NCBI GenBank assembly: GCA_003614145.1 | Contig: KZ987739.1 | Coordinates: 1-34,486, forward strand | From: Piptocephalis cylindrospora | Taxonomy: Eukaryota | Length of the DNA: 34,486 nucleotides | Direction: 5' to 3' | Part shown: one piece after another, positions 20,654-30,948 of the stretch | Layout: the number at the start of each line of letters is the position of its first letter | How positions within the stretch are numbered: position 1 is the stretch's first letter | Notes under the pieces: generated by a model | What the model was told of the DNA's origin: nothing | Seen by the model: only the letters and a program-made list of their open reading frames with translations | Databases searched by the model: none | Made by a program: the position numbers and the translations under genes

Positions 20654-21951
20654 TTACATGAAACTGGGCGATTCACAACCAAGGCCAGATGGGGTGACGT
20701 GCTGGTCGTGCCTCTCTCCTCCATTATCTGCTTTCACCGGCCCTTGATTTTGCTTCTGATCGAAAGTAGTCTGAGGGATGCCCAGGCTAGGATACCTCTC
20801 TCCCTTGACATTGTCCCTTCCAATCAACCCCTTGCCCTTGGGCCCTTCTCTGGTTGCCCCATGATGCTTGATGAATAAGCCGCAAGCGTTACCTGGATGG
20901 ATGAACATGTCAGTCATCCTGCCTGCAGTGACCTTTTCTCACCCTCAGTATCCCAGGATCACGCATACATACAAAGACACTCCCCAGAAGGACCACGCCT
21001 CCAGAGAGGAGTTTCCAGAGTCTGACAATTAGCACATCCTGTCCGAATAAGAATGGGTGGACGTCGAACCTTGATCCGACCGTCCTTTCGATCCACATAC
21101 CATGGTCTTGGCTTTCCATGAATTCTTTGACTGACGAAGAAAAACACCATAATAAGATGCATGTTCCCTGAACCCATCAACCATCCAAGTCTCCTCTCAC
21201 AAGAGCATGGAAACACCTACTATAATCCACAAGCGTTGCAAAGAAGAAGGGATGATCCACGCAGACGTCTCCACGAAGGGGTTACAGTCGTATGACAGTT
21301 ATCACATTGCTTTTTCTTCTTGCCATGACCCCTTCGCTCCTGGTGAGGCGGTGAAGGCACCTTCGAGGTTACTGGAAATAGAGTGAGATCATTAATTCAT
21401 CGTGGTATTCATAAGCTCTAGTATCCCATATTCCCCATGTCCAAGCTCATACCTGGGTCCGAAAGTGAACTAGGAGTGCACGTGCTGGTGAATGGGAGGA
21501 TGGAAGAGGTCGAATTAGGAATGGGAGGAGAATGCTGAGGGCACGACACAAGTAAGGAGGAGGAGGACACGGATGTGTGAGAAGCAGCAGGCCAGGAGTC
21601 ATGAAAGGCTGGTACCTCAGGGTGCTGATCGGTGGAGGAAGAAGGGGTGGTGGAGGTCCGGCCGAATGTATCGAGAAAAAGATGATGTAAATCCGCAAGG
21701 GATAGATCAAACACCGAAGGATCATGAGTAATCTGGACAATGGGAGATAGTGACAAGGTGGAAGGATCCATGGTATCAGCGACATCGGCCAACGAAGTAT
21801 CTACAGTGGGTGAGGGGTAGGAGAATGGGGGGAGGGATGCCAATGGAAGGGGGCTGTTGTGCATCTCTTGATGGTCAGTCGATCGTTGTCTTGTCTCAGC
21901 CATGATGGTATAAGAATGGGAGGTAGGGGCTTCCACGGATCGCATGCTCAT
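20654..21951 (-). CDS. GATA-type transcription factor with two zinc fingers; exons 21951-21453, 21371-21221, 21130-20973, 20892-20654; 348 aa
   Basis: Finger 1 CDNCHTTVTPSWRRLRGSSLLLCNACGLY and finger 2 CANCQTLETPLWRRGPSGECLCNACGLF, assembled across in-phase GT-AG introns. Ser/Pro-rich N-terminus. Confidence 0.9.
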
Positions 21952-22671
21952 GAGAAGATAGGTAAGAATGTTGTTTAAGAGGAACAGGGAATGAGACGAA
22001 TGGGTCAGAGGTATGTAGAGTAGGATGAGAAGGAGGAGGCCTCCCATTCTCGGAAGAAATGGCAGCCTTTATATCCCGCGTAGAAGATGAGCGCGATAAC
22101 AGTAAAGGGACATTCTTTACCGTAGACTACATGGAACACGTGCACGTTCCCGCCAAGGTGGACATGCATGCAAGTGCATTCATGGGCGCTGGGTAGGTTC
22201 AGCCCATAGGGGGAAGGAGGGGGATTTGGTGTGCTGCAAAGTGACACTCACGTGCTCCTACCCATCCCTCCCTTACCATTGCTTCAAGGAGATGGGTCAA
22301 CGAGAGCATCTTCCTCCTCCCCTCCCCTCCCCTCCCCCCTTCATCCAGACTAGTCTCGGCGTGGCTAGTCGACCGGCTTATGCATCCTCCAATCTCCATC
22401 TCTTCCAGATGCAGACATATCTTTCTTCGTTCAGGTTCCTCCACTCATGGTTGTTATGATTCATCCCACGATCCGAGTAGCATACCGTGGGAAAGGAGGA
22501 TCCGTACCCTGGATATGACCCGGGATGACATGGCCAAGATCAAGGGAGAGCAAAGGGGATAATCATATCTATACCATATTCTCTCTCGCACCTCTCGTCA
22601 TCACCGCCCCTTCCCACCTTCGGTGGAGAGGGGGGCCAAGCACGGTAATGCCTGACATGGACCAGGTTCAG

Positions 22672-23404
22672 TTACAGAGTCTCCTTTTCCATTCGCTCCC
22701 GTCTTCGCTCCAGCCTCTCTCTCTTCATTCGTTCCATCTCCGCTTGGATCCCTTCGGTGCTATGCGGGAGGATCTATTATTATGGAGAGAGGAGGAGAGG
22801 GAAAGGGAATAGCCATGGAAGGCCATGTGTAAGTCTACTTGGGGGATACTATGGGACAGGGGAATCACATACACCATCCTTCGCCACATGACAAAGTGAT
22901 GGTGCCCAGACTGTAAGGTCCGTGCACCATGGTGCTATCAACCCTTCCTCCCAGGAGCTTCTTTAGCCAGTCGTTACACATACCTGGGATTCTTCGGCCT
23001 TGGGCCCGTAAAAGGTCCTTCGAGCCTGCAATGCGGGTGGTTGGAGAATGAAAAAGATTGTTCAGTACCAAGATCCAACTATTCCGGGCTTCAAAATATG
23101 GCGGTTTATCCCAGACCCTCCCCTCCAAAAGTGACACCGCCTCTGTGCATAGGGGAAGAACGGAGAGGGCCCTCCGCTCCTCGGTAAAAATAATATTAAT
23201 TACTTACGTCAGAGACATATCGTTCATACCAGTGGTGATCACCAATCCATGCCATGTATCCAATAGGGAACAGGACATACATGCCAAACTATGAAGTGGA
23301 TGGCGAGTTTCAGCCAGGAGGAGTTCCGGGAATGAGTAAAGCCTAGTTCGGCTTGGTGTAGGTACATCACTTACTCGAAAGATTTCTAAGCGCGTTCCGG
23401 CCAT
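22672..23404 (-). CDS. PET100: Cytochrome c oxidase assembly factor Pet100; exons 23404-23375, 23288-23208, 23025-22984, 22773-22672; 84 aa
   Basis: Spliced product MAGTRLEIFRFGMYVLFPIGYMAWIGDHHWYERYVSDARRTFYGPKAEESQILPHSTEGIQAEMERMKRERLERRRERMEKETL matches the Pet100 pattern LEvFkFgmYvlFPI, a TM segment and a C-terminal coiled coil. All introns are phase 0 with GTAAGT/GTATGT donors. Confidence 0.88.
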
Positions 23405-23936
23405 GCTGAGTGATGAGTGTGGTGTGCTTGATGGGGAAAGAGATTGGGAGAACAAAGAGACGTAGAGTGGTAGGACCTTGGAGGCTATTCTTATCCGGGT
23501 TCCGATCTTCCCCGCAGACCTCTGCTCCATTTCCTCACTCCAAAGTAGTGTCAGCCATGCTTGGAAGAAACCCCCACGAAGGAGAGTCATCTACCACATT
23601 GACTCGGAGATCAAGAACTCATAGAGCCAATGATAAGCAGTATGTTACTCATTTATCCAACAACAGTTAGCGCACCTACGCAAAATGAAAATTAACCACA
23701 TTTGCCTAATTTTCGAGTCGATCTGTTGAGAGTAGTAGAAAGAGATCGATCTATTATTCTTATAGGTTGGAACGATCAACAACCGCCTGGACAATCGATC
23801 CAAGTACTCTTAAACGTTAAATGACTTGTATGGATAAAAAGGAAATTCTGCATCAGGATTGTTGACACCCCGCCATCCATTGTAAGTGGCCCTTGCGTTG
23901 TGGCTATGTCATACTGTACGCGAGAGTCACATCGTC

Positions 23937-24431
23937 CTAAAAGGAGGGATGATGCTGGAACAGACCAGTAATGGAGGACCAAGTAGAGGAAATAGTCCCT
24001 TGCGGATCATTGCTCATCTCTTGGTTCATTGGGATGACTTGGAACGGTACCGTCCGGATGATATTAACGTGCTCAACGGGCTTACCAAACGACTCGATCC
24101 CGGAGATCCTAGTCTCATAGATTCCAGGTGCAAGGTTCCGTGGGACTTTCCAGGTAACAGAACGAGTCCAGGGAAAGTTCTCACGCTCATCTTCGTAAAG
24201 AGTGGATATGGGATTGTCCTGGTCAAGCTCGTTAATCGACAGAGTCAGGTTGGTCAAGGTAGATAGACCGCCAAAGCTAACGGCGTAAGTCACGTTCAAA
24301 TCACTTTCAATAGGAATCCTGGATCCCGGAGCGGGGCTAATGAAGCTAACAGTATCTGCAAGGGCACATGGTGAGATAGCCAAAGCAGCCAGACCCATGA
24401 ATATGGGTGTATCAATGATAGTTCTCTTCAT
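23937..24431 (-). CDS. Small secreted protein with a predicted beta-sandwich (Kre9/Knh1-N-terminal-like) domain; 164 aa
   Basis: Signal peptide ending CALA|D. The pattern FISPAPGS...LNVTY...VTWKVPRNLAPGIY is typical of fungal secreted Ig-like domains; the family assignment is inference. Confidence 0.7.
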   Translation of the reverse strand: MKRTIIDTPIFMGLAALAISPCALADTVSFISPAPGSRIPIESDLNVTYAVSFGGLSTLTNLTLSINELDQDNPISTLYEDERENFPWTRSVTWKVPRNLAPGIYETRISGIESFGKPVEHVNIIRTVPFQVIPMNQEMSNDPQGTISSTWSSITGLFQHHPSF

Positions 24432-25251
24432 GATATTAACAGAAAGAGGGGGAGATGAGTCTGAAGTTGAAATCGAGGACGAGGAGGAGGGTGTTGCACA
24501 GCAACTAAAATAGAAAGAAAAGGTGGGTATGGGTATGTTGCGTATAGAGATGATGGTAAGAAATGGTCTATTATATAATAAAAGTCATTGTCCAAGTCTG
24601 ATACTGAGAGAAATGCGCAAGAGGATCGTAGTACCAGCTCGGGTACATGATCACCGTTTATCAAGAACAACTCACCGTTACCCCTGAGGGCATCCAAGCC
24701 CGGATGTCAAGTGTACCTGCATCGTCGTCATTGCATACACCCACACACCCTCTCCCTGCCCACGACACACCATGCTCTTCCATACCTTCGGCGAGCAGGG
24801 TGCCGGGGAAATGAAGGATCCTTGTCTTACCCTACCATGTTGTATTCAAGGGATGTCTAGCCAAATGATCTAACGATGCATGTTTATATGGATTCAATTC
24901 AAGAAATTGTTTTGTAGCTCTCCGTGAATAGATACTCTGATATGTAGCCGCTCAGCCACACCTCAATTTTCACAAAAGGCCATCAACGTACAACAGCCTC
25001 ACAGCCTTGATCTGATAAGCGGGGAAATCATGCAGAAAAAGAAAAGAGCCAGATGAAAAATCACACTTTCCGTCCCGCCTTTTATCATGGGCCCCACACC
25101 CCATTTGTCCGTCTTGATTGGTCAGATCCCCTCTCGTTAAGCGCTCAGCCTTCAAGGCACCTAGGGCTTGGAGCCTGTGTCAACCAAGCGCGCCTTGAAC
25201 CTTTCTTCCCTTATTGCCCCATCTTCATCCCCCCTCATCCACAGCGTTATT

Positions 25252-26187
25252 ATGGTCCTGGATACTACTTACCAAGAGCTCTCGAAATCGCTTCTTGATA
25301 GTTCGGCTCCGCTCCATGAGCGCTTCCGGGCCCTCTTTTCCCTCAAGGCCCTGGCTACCGACGAGGCTGTCCGCATCATTACCGAGGGTCTCAAGGATGA
25401 GTCGGCCCTACTAAAGCACGAGCTGGCGTATGTGCTTGGCCAAATGCTCAATACGACGGCCTGCCCTACCCTAGCCGCTGTGCTAGCCAATACGTCGGAG
25501 GACCCGATGGTGAGGCACGAAGCCGCCGAAGCTCTAGGAGCCATTGCTGATCCTCGGTGGAGGGAGGATCTTACCAAGTACGCATCGGATCCCTCTCCCG
25601 TCGTTTCGGAAACGTGTCAATTGGCCCTGGCCCGCATGGAGCATGAGGCCACGAAGAAGAAGGAAAATCCCTCCTCGGTCTACACCAGCATTGATCCCGC
25701 CCCTGCTTCGGAGAGCGGTGAAACCGTGGAAGACCTTCGAGCTACCCTGTTGAACCCCAAGATTGCCCTCTTTGAGCGGTACCGGGCTATGTTTGCTCTT
25801 CGGAACATTGGGACCGAAGAGGCTGTGCTGGCGTTGGCCGCAGGACTCGAGTGCGAGGACTCTGCATTGTTCCGGCACGAGGTTGCTTACGTCTTTGGGC
25901 AGATGCAGCACCCAGCCTCCGTCCCAGCTCTGTCGCTGGCGCTGGGTAAGATTGAGGAGGAAGCCATGGTGAGGCATGAGTGCGCCGAGGCCCTTGGATC
26001 CATTGCTACCGCCGAGTGTCTTCCCATCCTTCGCCAGTTTGCCAAGGACGAGGAGCGGGTGGTGCGAGAGAGTTGCGAGATTGCCCTGGATATGTACGAG
26101 TATGAGCAGAGTGGTGAGTTGCAGTACGCCAAGATCCCCCTGGCTGAAGCCATGGCGGGTAGGTCTTCAACGACCGAGGAATCTTAA
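25252..26187 (+). CDS. LIA1: Deoxyhypusine hydroxylase (HEAT-repeat di-iron enzyme); 311 aa, single exon
   Basis: Four HE motifs (KHELAY, RHEAAE, RHEVAY, RHECAE), ERFRALFSLK/ERYRAMFALRN, and YTSIDPAP. Confidence 0.97.
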   Translation: MVLDTTYQELSKSLLDSSAPLHERFRALFSLKALATDEAVRIITEGLKDESALLKHELAYVLGQMLNTTACPTLAAVLANTSEDPMVRHEAAEALGAIADPRWREDLTKYASDPSPVVSETCQLALARMEHEATKKKENPSSVYTSIDPAPASESGETVEDLRATLLNPKIALFERYRAMFALRNIGTEEAVLALAAGLECEDSALFRHEVAYVFGQMQHPASVPALSLALGKIEEEAMVRHECAEALGSIATAECLPILRQFAKDEERVVRESCEIALDMYEYEQSGELQYAKIPLAEAMAGRSSTTEES

Positions 26188-26344
26188 ATGGGTTAAATTG
26201 GCTGATGGAATGGATGCTAAATGAAGTGAACCCCCGTTGTTGTTTATACGTTGAGGAGCAGGGGGGGCCGTCATATGTATTTGCATAATGGTTGGTTGAT
26301 AGGGATGAGCGGGTAGGTGATGAGCACCATGATTCTCTACATCT

Positions 26345-27709
26345 TTAATCCATCACTGTCTTTTTCTCGTCCTCATTCTCCTCTGCCTCCTTCCCTGAGG
26401 AAGCACCTAGTCTTTCGACATGCTCCACGGTATGTCCACACCGGGGACAAGCCCATCCGATGGTACCTCGTCGAGCGACCACGCAGTAATGGCAGTAGAG
26501 ATGGTTGCAGTCCGTGACATAAGGGAGCGTGATGCGGCATTGAGCAATGGTGAGGGATTGTCCCTCAGGGGTGCCAGCCCCGCTGGGCCCAGTCAGCTCC
26601 TCTTCACCCTCCTCAAGGCAAATGGCGCAAATATCCTTGGGAAGATCAGCATACTGGGAAGGGGATTGGCGTCGAGAAAGGAGTTGTCGTAAATTAGTAC
26701 GAAACCGACCCAGATCGACCAGGGGTACGAGGAACATGAGGAATTCGGTGAATGCGTGCCAAACCAATTGTCGATTCAGGAATTCAAACGAGACACCCCG
26801 GGTGGACTGGCGCCTGGCCCATACCCACCGCAACCCAAGAATCCTTTCTGGGATGGACCGGAACCTAGGGAAGATGAGGAGGATTAAGGAGAGTGGACGG
26901 GGAAAGATAAATAAAAAGGTAGCCTGCTTACCGACCATGCCAGAGGAATAGGATAAAATGTAGGAGGGATGCCGTCTTCCATAGACGCTCTGCATGCTGC
27001 ACCATTTTCCACACTTTATACTTCAATGAGTCCTACAGATTACCATTTAGGGAGTGACGAAAATAGTAAGCTAATCCATAGACCATGGTCATGTCTATCT
27101 CAATATACACTGGCCTAGGAAAGGCACCCAATCCTACCATAGGCATATCAGACCATCCACGAGCTCCAATAGCCCGCTCCACTCGGTGGATAAGGTAAGG
27201 GCCCATCGAATGAGCCCCCACCCATGCCCAGAGACGAGCATTGCTTGGTCGCTGTGTAGGAAGGTAGAGGGGGCCCGAGGCAAGTCTTAAATTTTGCATA
27301 TCCGACCCGTACGTCCCCACGGGTCCGCCATGTCGCTCAGGTGAAAAGAAGGACAGAGAATAGAGGAGGAACCGAACCACCGTCTTCATCTCTGCTTCAT
27401 ACTTGTCCTTAATGGACTAGTGAGGAGAGGGATTGTCGACAGAGAGATAAGCCTACTTGTATGGACGACAAAATTCTCAGAGCAAGGGACTCTTACTTCA
27501 AAATATCGTAGACTATGGGATACTTGACCATACACCACATCCTCCAACTCGACATCAAGGACATGGGCATCCATCTGTGAGACCCTGGCTACAGTGAGTG
27601 ACCTGTTCGAAGGAGGCTGGAGCGAGGAGAGACGGGCAACGGCCTTCTGGTACCGAGAGAGGTACCAAGGCCATGCTGGGGATGAGGATTCGGGAAAGGG
27701 CATGGGCAT
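26345..27709 (-). CDS. PEX2: Peroxisomal RING peroxin Pex2; exons 27709-27497, 27416-27138, 27032-26932, 26864-26345; about 370 aa
   Basis: RVSQMDAHVLDVEL, TYGSDMQNL, HFILFLWHGRFRSIPERILGLR, VSFEFLNRQLVWHAFTEFLMFLVP, and a C3HC4 RING CAIC...CNHLYCHYC...CPRC. Confidence 0.95.
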
Positions 27710-28259
27710 GGGAGGAGAGAAACTGGGAAGACTACGGAAATGGTGTGGGGAAGCAGATGGGGCGTGAGTGCGTGTCAGGTCAAATGTCCACAGCAATCCT
27801 CTGTGCACGGCCCATCATAATGCCGTAAGGTGGGGGAAACTACGACTTGGTACTTAGGGATCAGTCAGAACAGCACGGACAATTGATCAATCTTAGCGAG
27901 GGGATACGTCTTTAAAGGACATTGACCATCCTTCATTATGCTTATAATGATCGAAAATCATCATCTCAACAATATCGCCTTAGATGGTTCTCCTTGAATC
28001 ATCATTACCCATGCCTGATTGATTCATCGTGAATGAATTACCCTGTCTACCCGACGCGAATTTCGTCGAAAAATGGGTACGTATTTAACTATGCTGAGGT
28101 ACAACGGTGGTCTTGTCGCCCGCTTCCAGCTTTCATTGTGCTCCGCCCAATGAGACCACACTTATTCACCTTGCTTTTTGTTTCCTTGCTTATGATCTAT
28201 CAACACAGATTGATAACCTCCTCCCCCTTCCTCCTTTCATCTTCTCTTGCAAATTCACT

Positions 28260-29479
28260 ATGGTAGGTTAGTCGAGGATGCTTTTTTAAATATGGGTGCT
28301 CATTGCTCCCGATATCCCCTCCCTCGTCATCTTATAGTCAAGGAACGAGCTGATCTCCCCAGAGGGACTTCGTCTGGATGGGCGGCGTGCCAACGAACTT
28401 CGTCGGCATACAGCCAAGCTAGGGCCGCTCTCCCAAGCCGATGGCTCGGCCTTTTTGCAACATGGTCACACTAAGGCTCTTGCGGCTGTGTATGGCCCTC
28501 GAGAGGTACGCGATCCCGCCTAGAGAATGCTCGGTACTCATCCCAACCACTCATGCCCATCTTACATAGCCGCGCCATCGTGCCCATGCCATGCACGACC
28601 GTGCCTACTTAAACATCGAATTCAACATTGCTCCCTTTGCCACGGGAGAGAGGAAGAAGCGGAATAAGAGCGATAAGTACGTCGAGCAGTTTTCCCTTTC
28701 TTTTCTTAAGCCACTAAACATTATCCCTAAACCAGGCGCCTCCTGGAAATGGCTCACTTTGTCAAGCAAACCTTTGAGCCGGTGATCATGACTCGGTTGT
28801 ACCCGAGATCTCAGATTGACCTGTACATTCAGATCTTGCAGGATGACGGAGGTGAGTGTCGTTGGGTGCCTCCCTTGTTCTTCCCGGGATTCTTTCCTCA
28901 CCATTCTTCTCATCCCTGTTAGGCGCTCTGCATGCAGCGATTAATGCCTCAACCTTGGCTTTGATCCACGCTGGTATCCCCATGAAGGATTACGTGTGTG
29001 CCGTCAGCGTGTGCTGCTACAAGGACGCGTCTCTTTTGGGTGAGTAGCCACTGTATGAGGAGTTGACAAGAGCTGAGAGCTAGTCTATTTACTCATCATC
29101 ATCACATGATACGTCTTTTAATTATTAATTATCATGCATTTCCTATATATAACAATAGATTTAAACCGTATGGAGGAAAACACAGAGCATGCGGACCTGA
29201 CCGTGGCTGTTTTGCCCAAGAGCGGTGATATTTCCCTGCTACAGGTAAGCTCTTTCCGTCATAGATCTTCCGTTCTATCCTCTTCTCCCCATCTGATCCA
29301 CTCACCATCGTTTCTTGTAGATGGAATCGAGGCTGCATGCGGATAAACTCTCGGATCTCATGGACTTGTCCATCGCAGGATGCCGACAAATATGGAAGAC
29401 ATTAGATGGAGTGGTCAGAGAGAATGGGGAGGAGGAGCAACAAAAGGCCTCGGAAGTTTCCATGGTTCTGGAGAAGTAA
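28260..29479 (+). CDS. RRP41: Exosome core subunit Rrp41/Ski6 (EXOSC4); exons 28260-28262, 28338-28505, 28570-28676, 28736-28851, 28923-29039, 29159-29244, 29321-29479; 251 aa
   Basis: ELISPEGLRLDGRRANELR, ADGSAF, AVYGPRE, LYPRSQIDLYIQILQDDGG, INASTLALIHAGIPM, DLNRMEE. Six in-phase GT-AG introns. Confidence 0.96.
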
Positions 29480-29562
29480 GGCTGACACGATCCTGGGTCC
29501 TTCCATTTCCCATCAACAATACACCTATTTGATCCTTTTCTGCCCAATCATCTTTGTTCTGT

Positions 29563-30123
29563 TTATTCCACCCATTCCCCCTTTAGGTCAAATTGATAAA
29601 TAGTGACCCGACCGTAGAAATCGGTGCTTTCCGGGAAGACCAATTTCATCCGCCGGATCGTCGGTCGAGGCAAAGGGAGTACCCAGGTTTGCATAGAGTT
29701 TACGTCCTGAGGATGCACTGTCCCCACCTCTTCATACTCCTCTCCCGGGGCCCAGCCCAGAATTTGCAAAGGGGTCCCCACAAACCCTCCCTGGAATTGT
29801 AAGGAGAGGGAGTGAACCTTGGCGGGTTTTTCTAATTCTAGGGCAATCCATTGAGGCGTTCCCTGAATATGGATGAAAGGATAATGAGGCTATTGAAGGA
29901 AAAGGCCCAACGATGCCCTTACCTGCTCCGAGTTCCAGCAGGTAGTATCGTCCCCATCGAGCAAATGTTGCTTCCCAAAGCTCCCTGTATCCCGGTTGAG
30001 TACCGGACTGGTCCTGTTGAAAAGATGAGTATAAAAGACAGGGCCTTTCTCTTTTTCTCTAAGCGCCCCATACCTTATTTTCGTGGTTTCTGGGTTAAGT
30101 AAGGAGATCCCTGTGTCGGTCAT
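29563..30123 (-). CDS. NR2C2AP: NR2C2AP/TRA16-like galactose-binding-fold protein; exons 30123-30074, 30013-29923, 29862-29563; 146 aa
   Basis: SPVLNRDTGSFGKQHLLDGDDTTCWNSEQGTPQWI...LQFQGGFVG...PQDVNSMQ...LVFPESTDFYGRVTIY matches NR2C2AP family motifs. Confidence 0.9.
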
Positions 30124-30948
30124 GGCGATAGAGATAGAAGCGTTGTTTTAGGGAATAGAAGTGGGCCAAACAAAGGAAACCGGTGTTTAGCAGCAACCCA
30201 CTAAAAACCAAGACATGGTAAACATCCGAAAATAAGGCTAAAAATTGGTCACTATTTTGAGACCCTGATCGGATGAACCCACACGTCATCCCAGTGCCTT
30301 TCGCAGCTAACTGGATTATGCAGTAATCTTGTGAGATGTCAGACGCGTACGTTCAATATCAGTATTATTCATGTAGCTGACATTAATTGGAGACAGACGT
30401 AGACAATGTATGCAAGTAATTCAATTGTATTTACTAATAAGGAGGCACAATCCATGCCAATTGAGAAATTCTTGTGTTTCTTTAGTAAGAATCAGGTACA
30501 ATTAATTTCATTATAAGAGTATTACCATGCATACGTTTTATGCTGATATTAATACGCTCGCTAAATCCTATTGTACACATGCAGATATTAATACTTTTTT
30601 CCAGTTCAAATTATCCATCCATATTACAACCAGTTTCAATCGATCCTGTATAATCATCATCTCATCCAGAAGGATGATTACAACAACAATACCATGATCG
30701 GGAAGAGAGATGATGAGATAATGTTGCTCGATTTACCTCATATAAATTGCGACTATTGACCGGGTCTTTAGCTTGAACCTGATGGCTGGCGGACCAGTCG
30801 CGATGCTCACATTCATCATGTCACATAAACCTGACATTTCCCCGTCCAGTTGTCGCTTCTCTTCCTTCCCCTTCCCTCCCTTCATCCTCCCCAACTTCCT
30901 TCTCCCCCTCCTCCCTTCCTTCCTTCCTTTCCTCCTTTCCCTTTTGTC

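Noticed and set aside
22865..23590. ORF-track proteins of 128 aa and 90 aa as a novel orphan gene
   Set aside because: Better explained by the four-exon PET100 model with canonical donors and a family match
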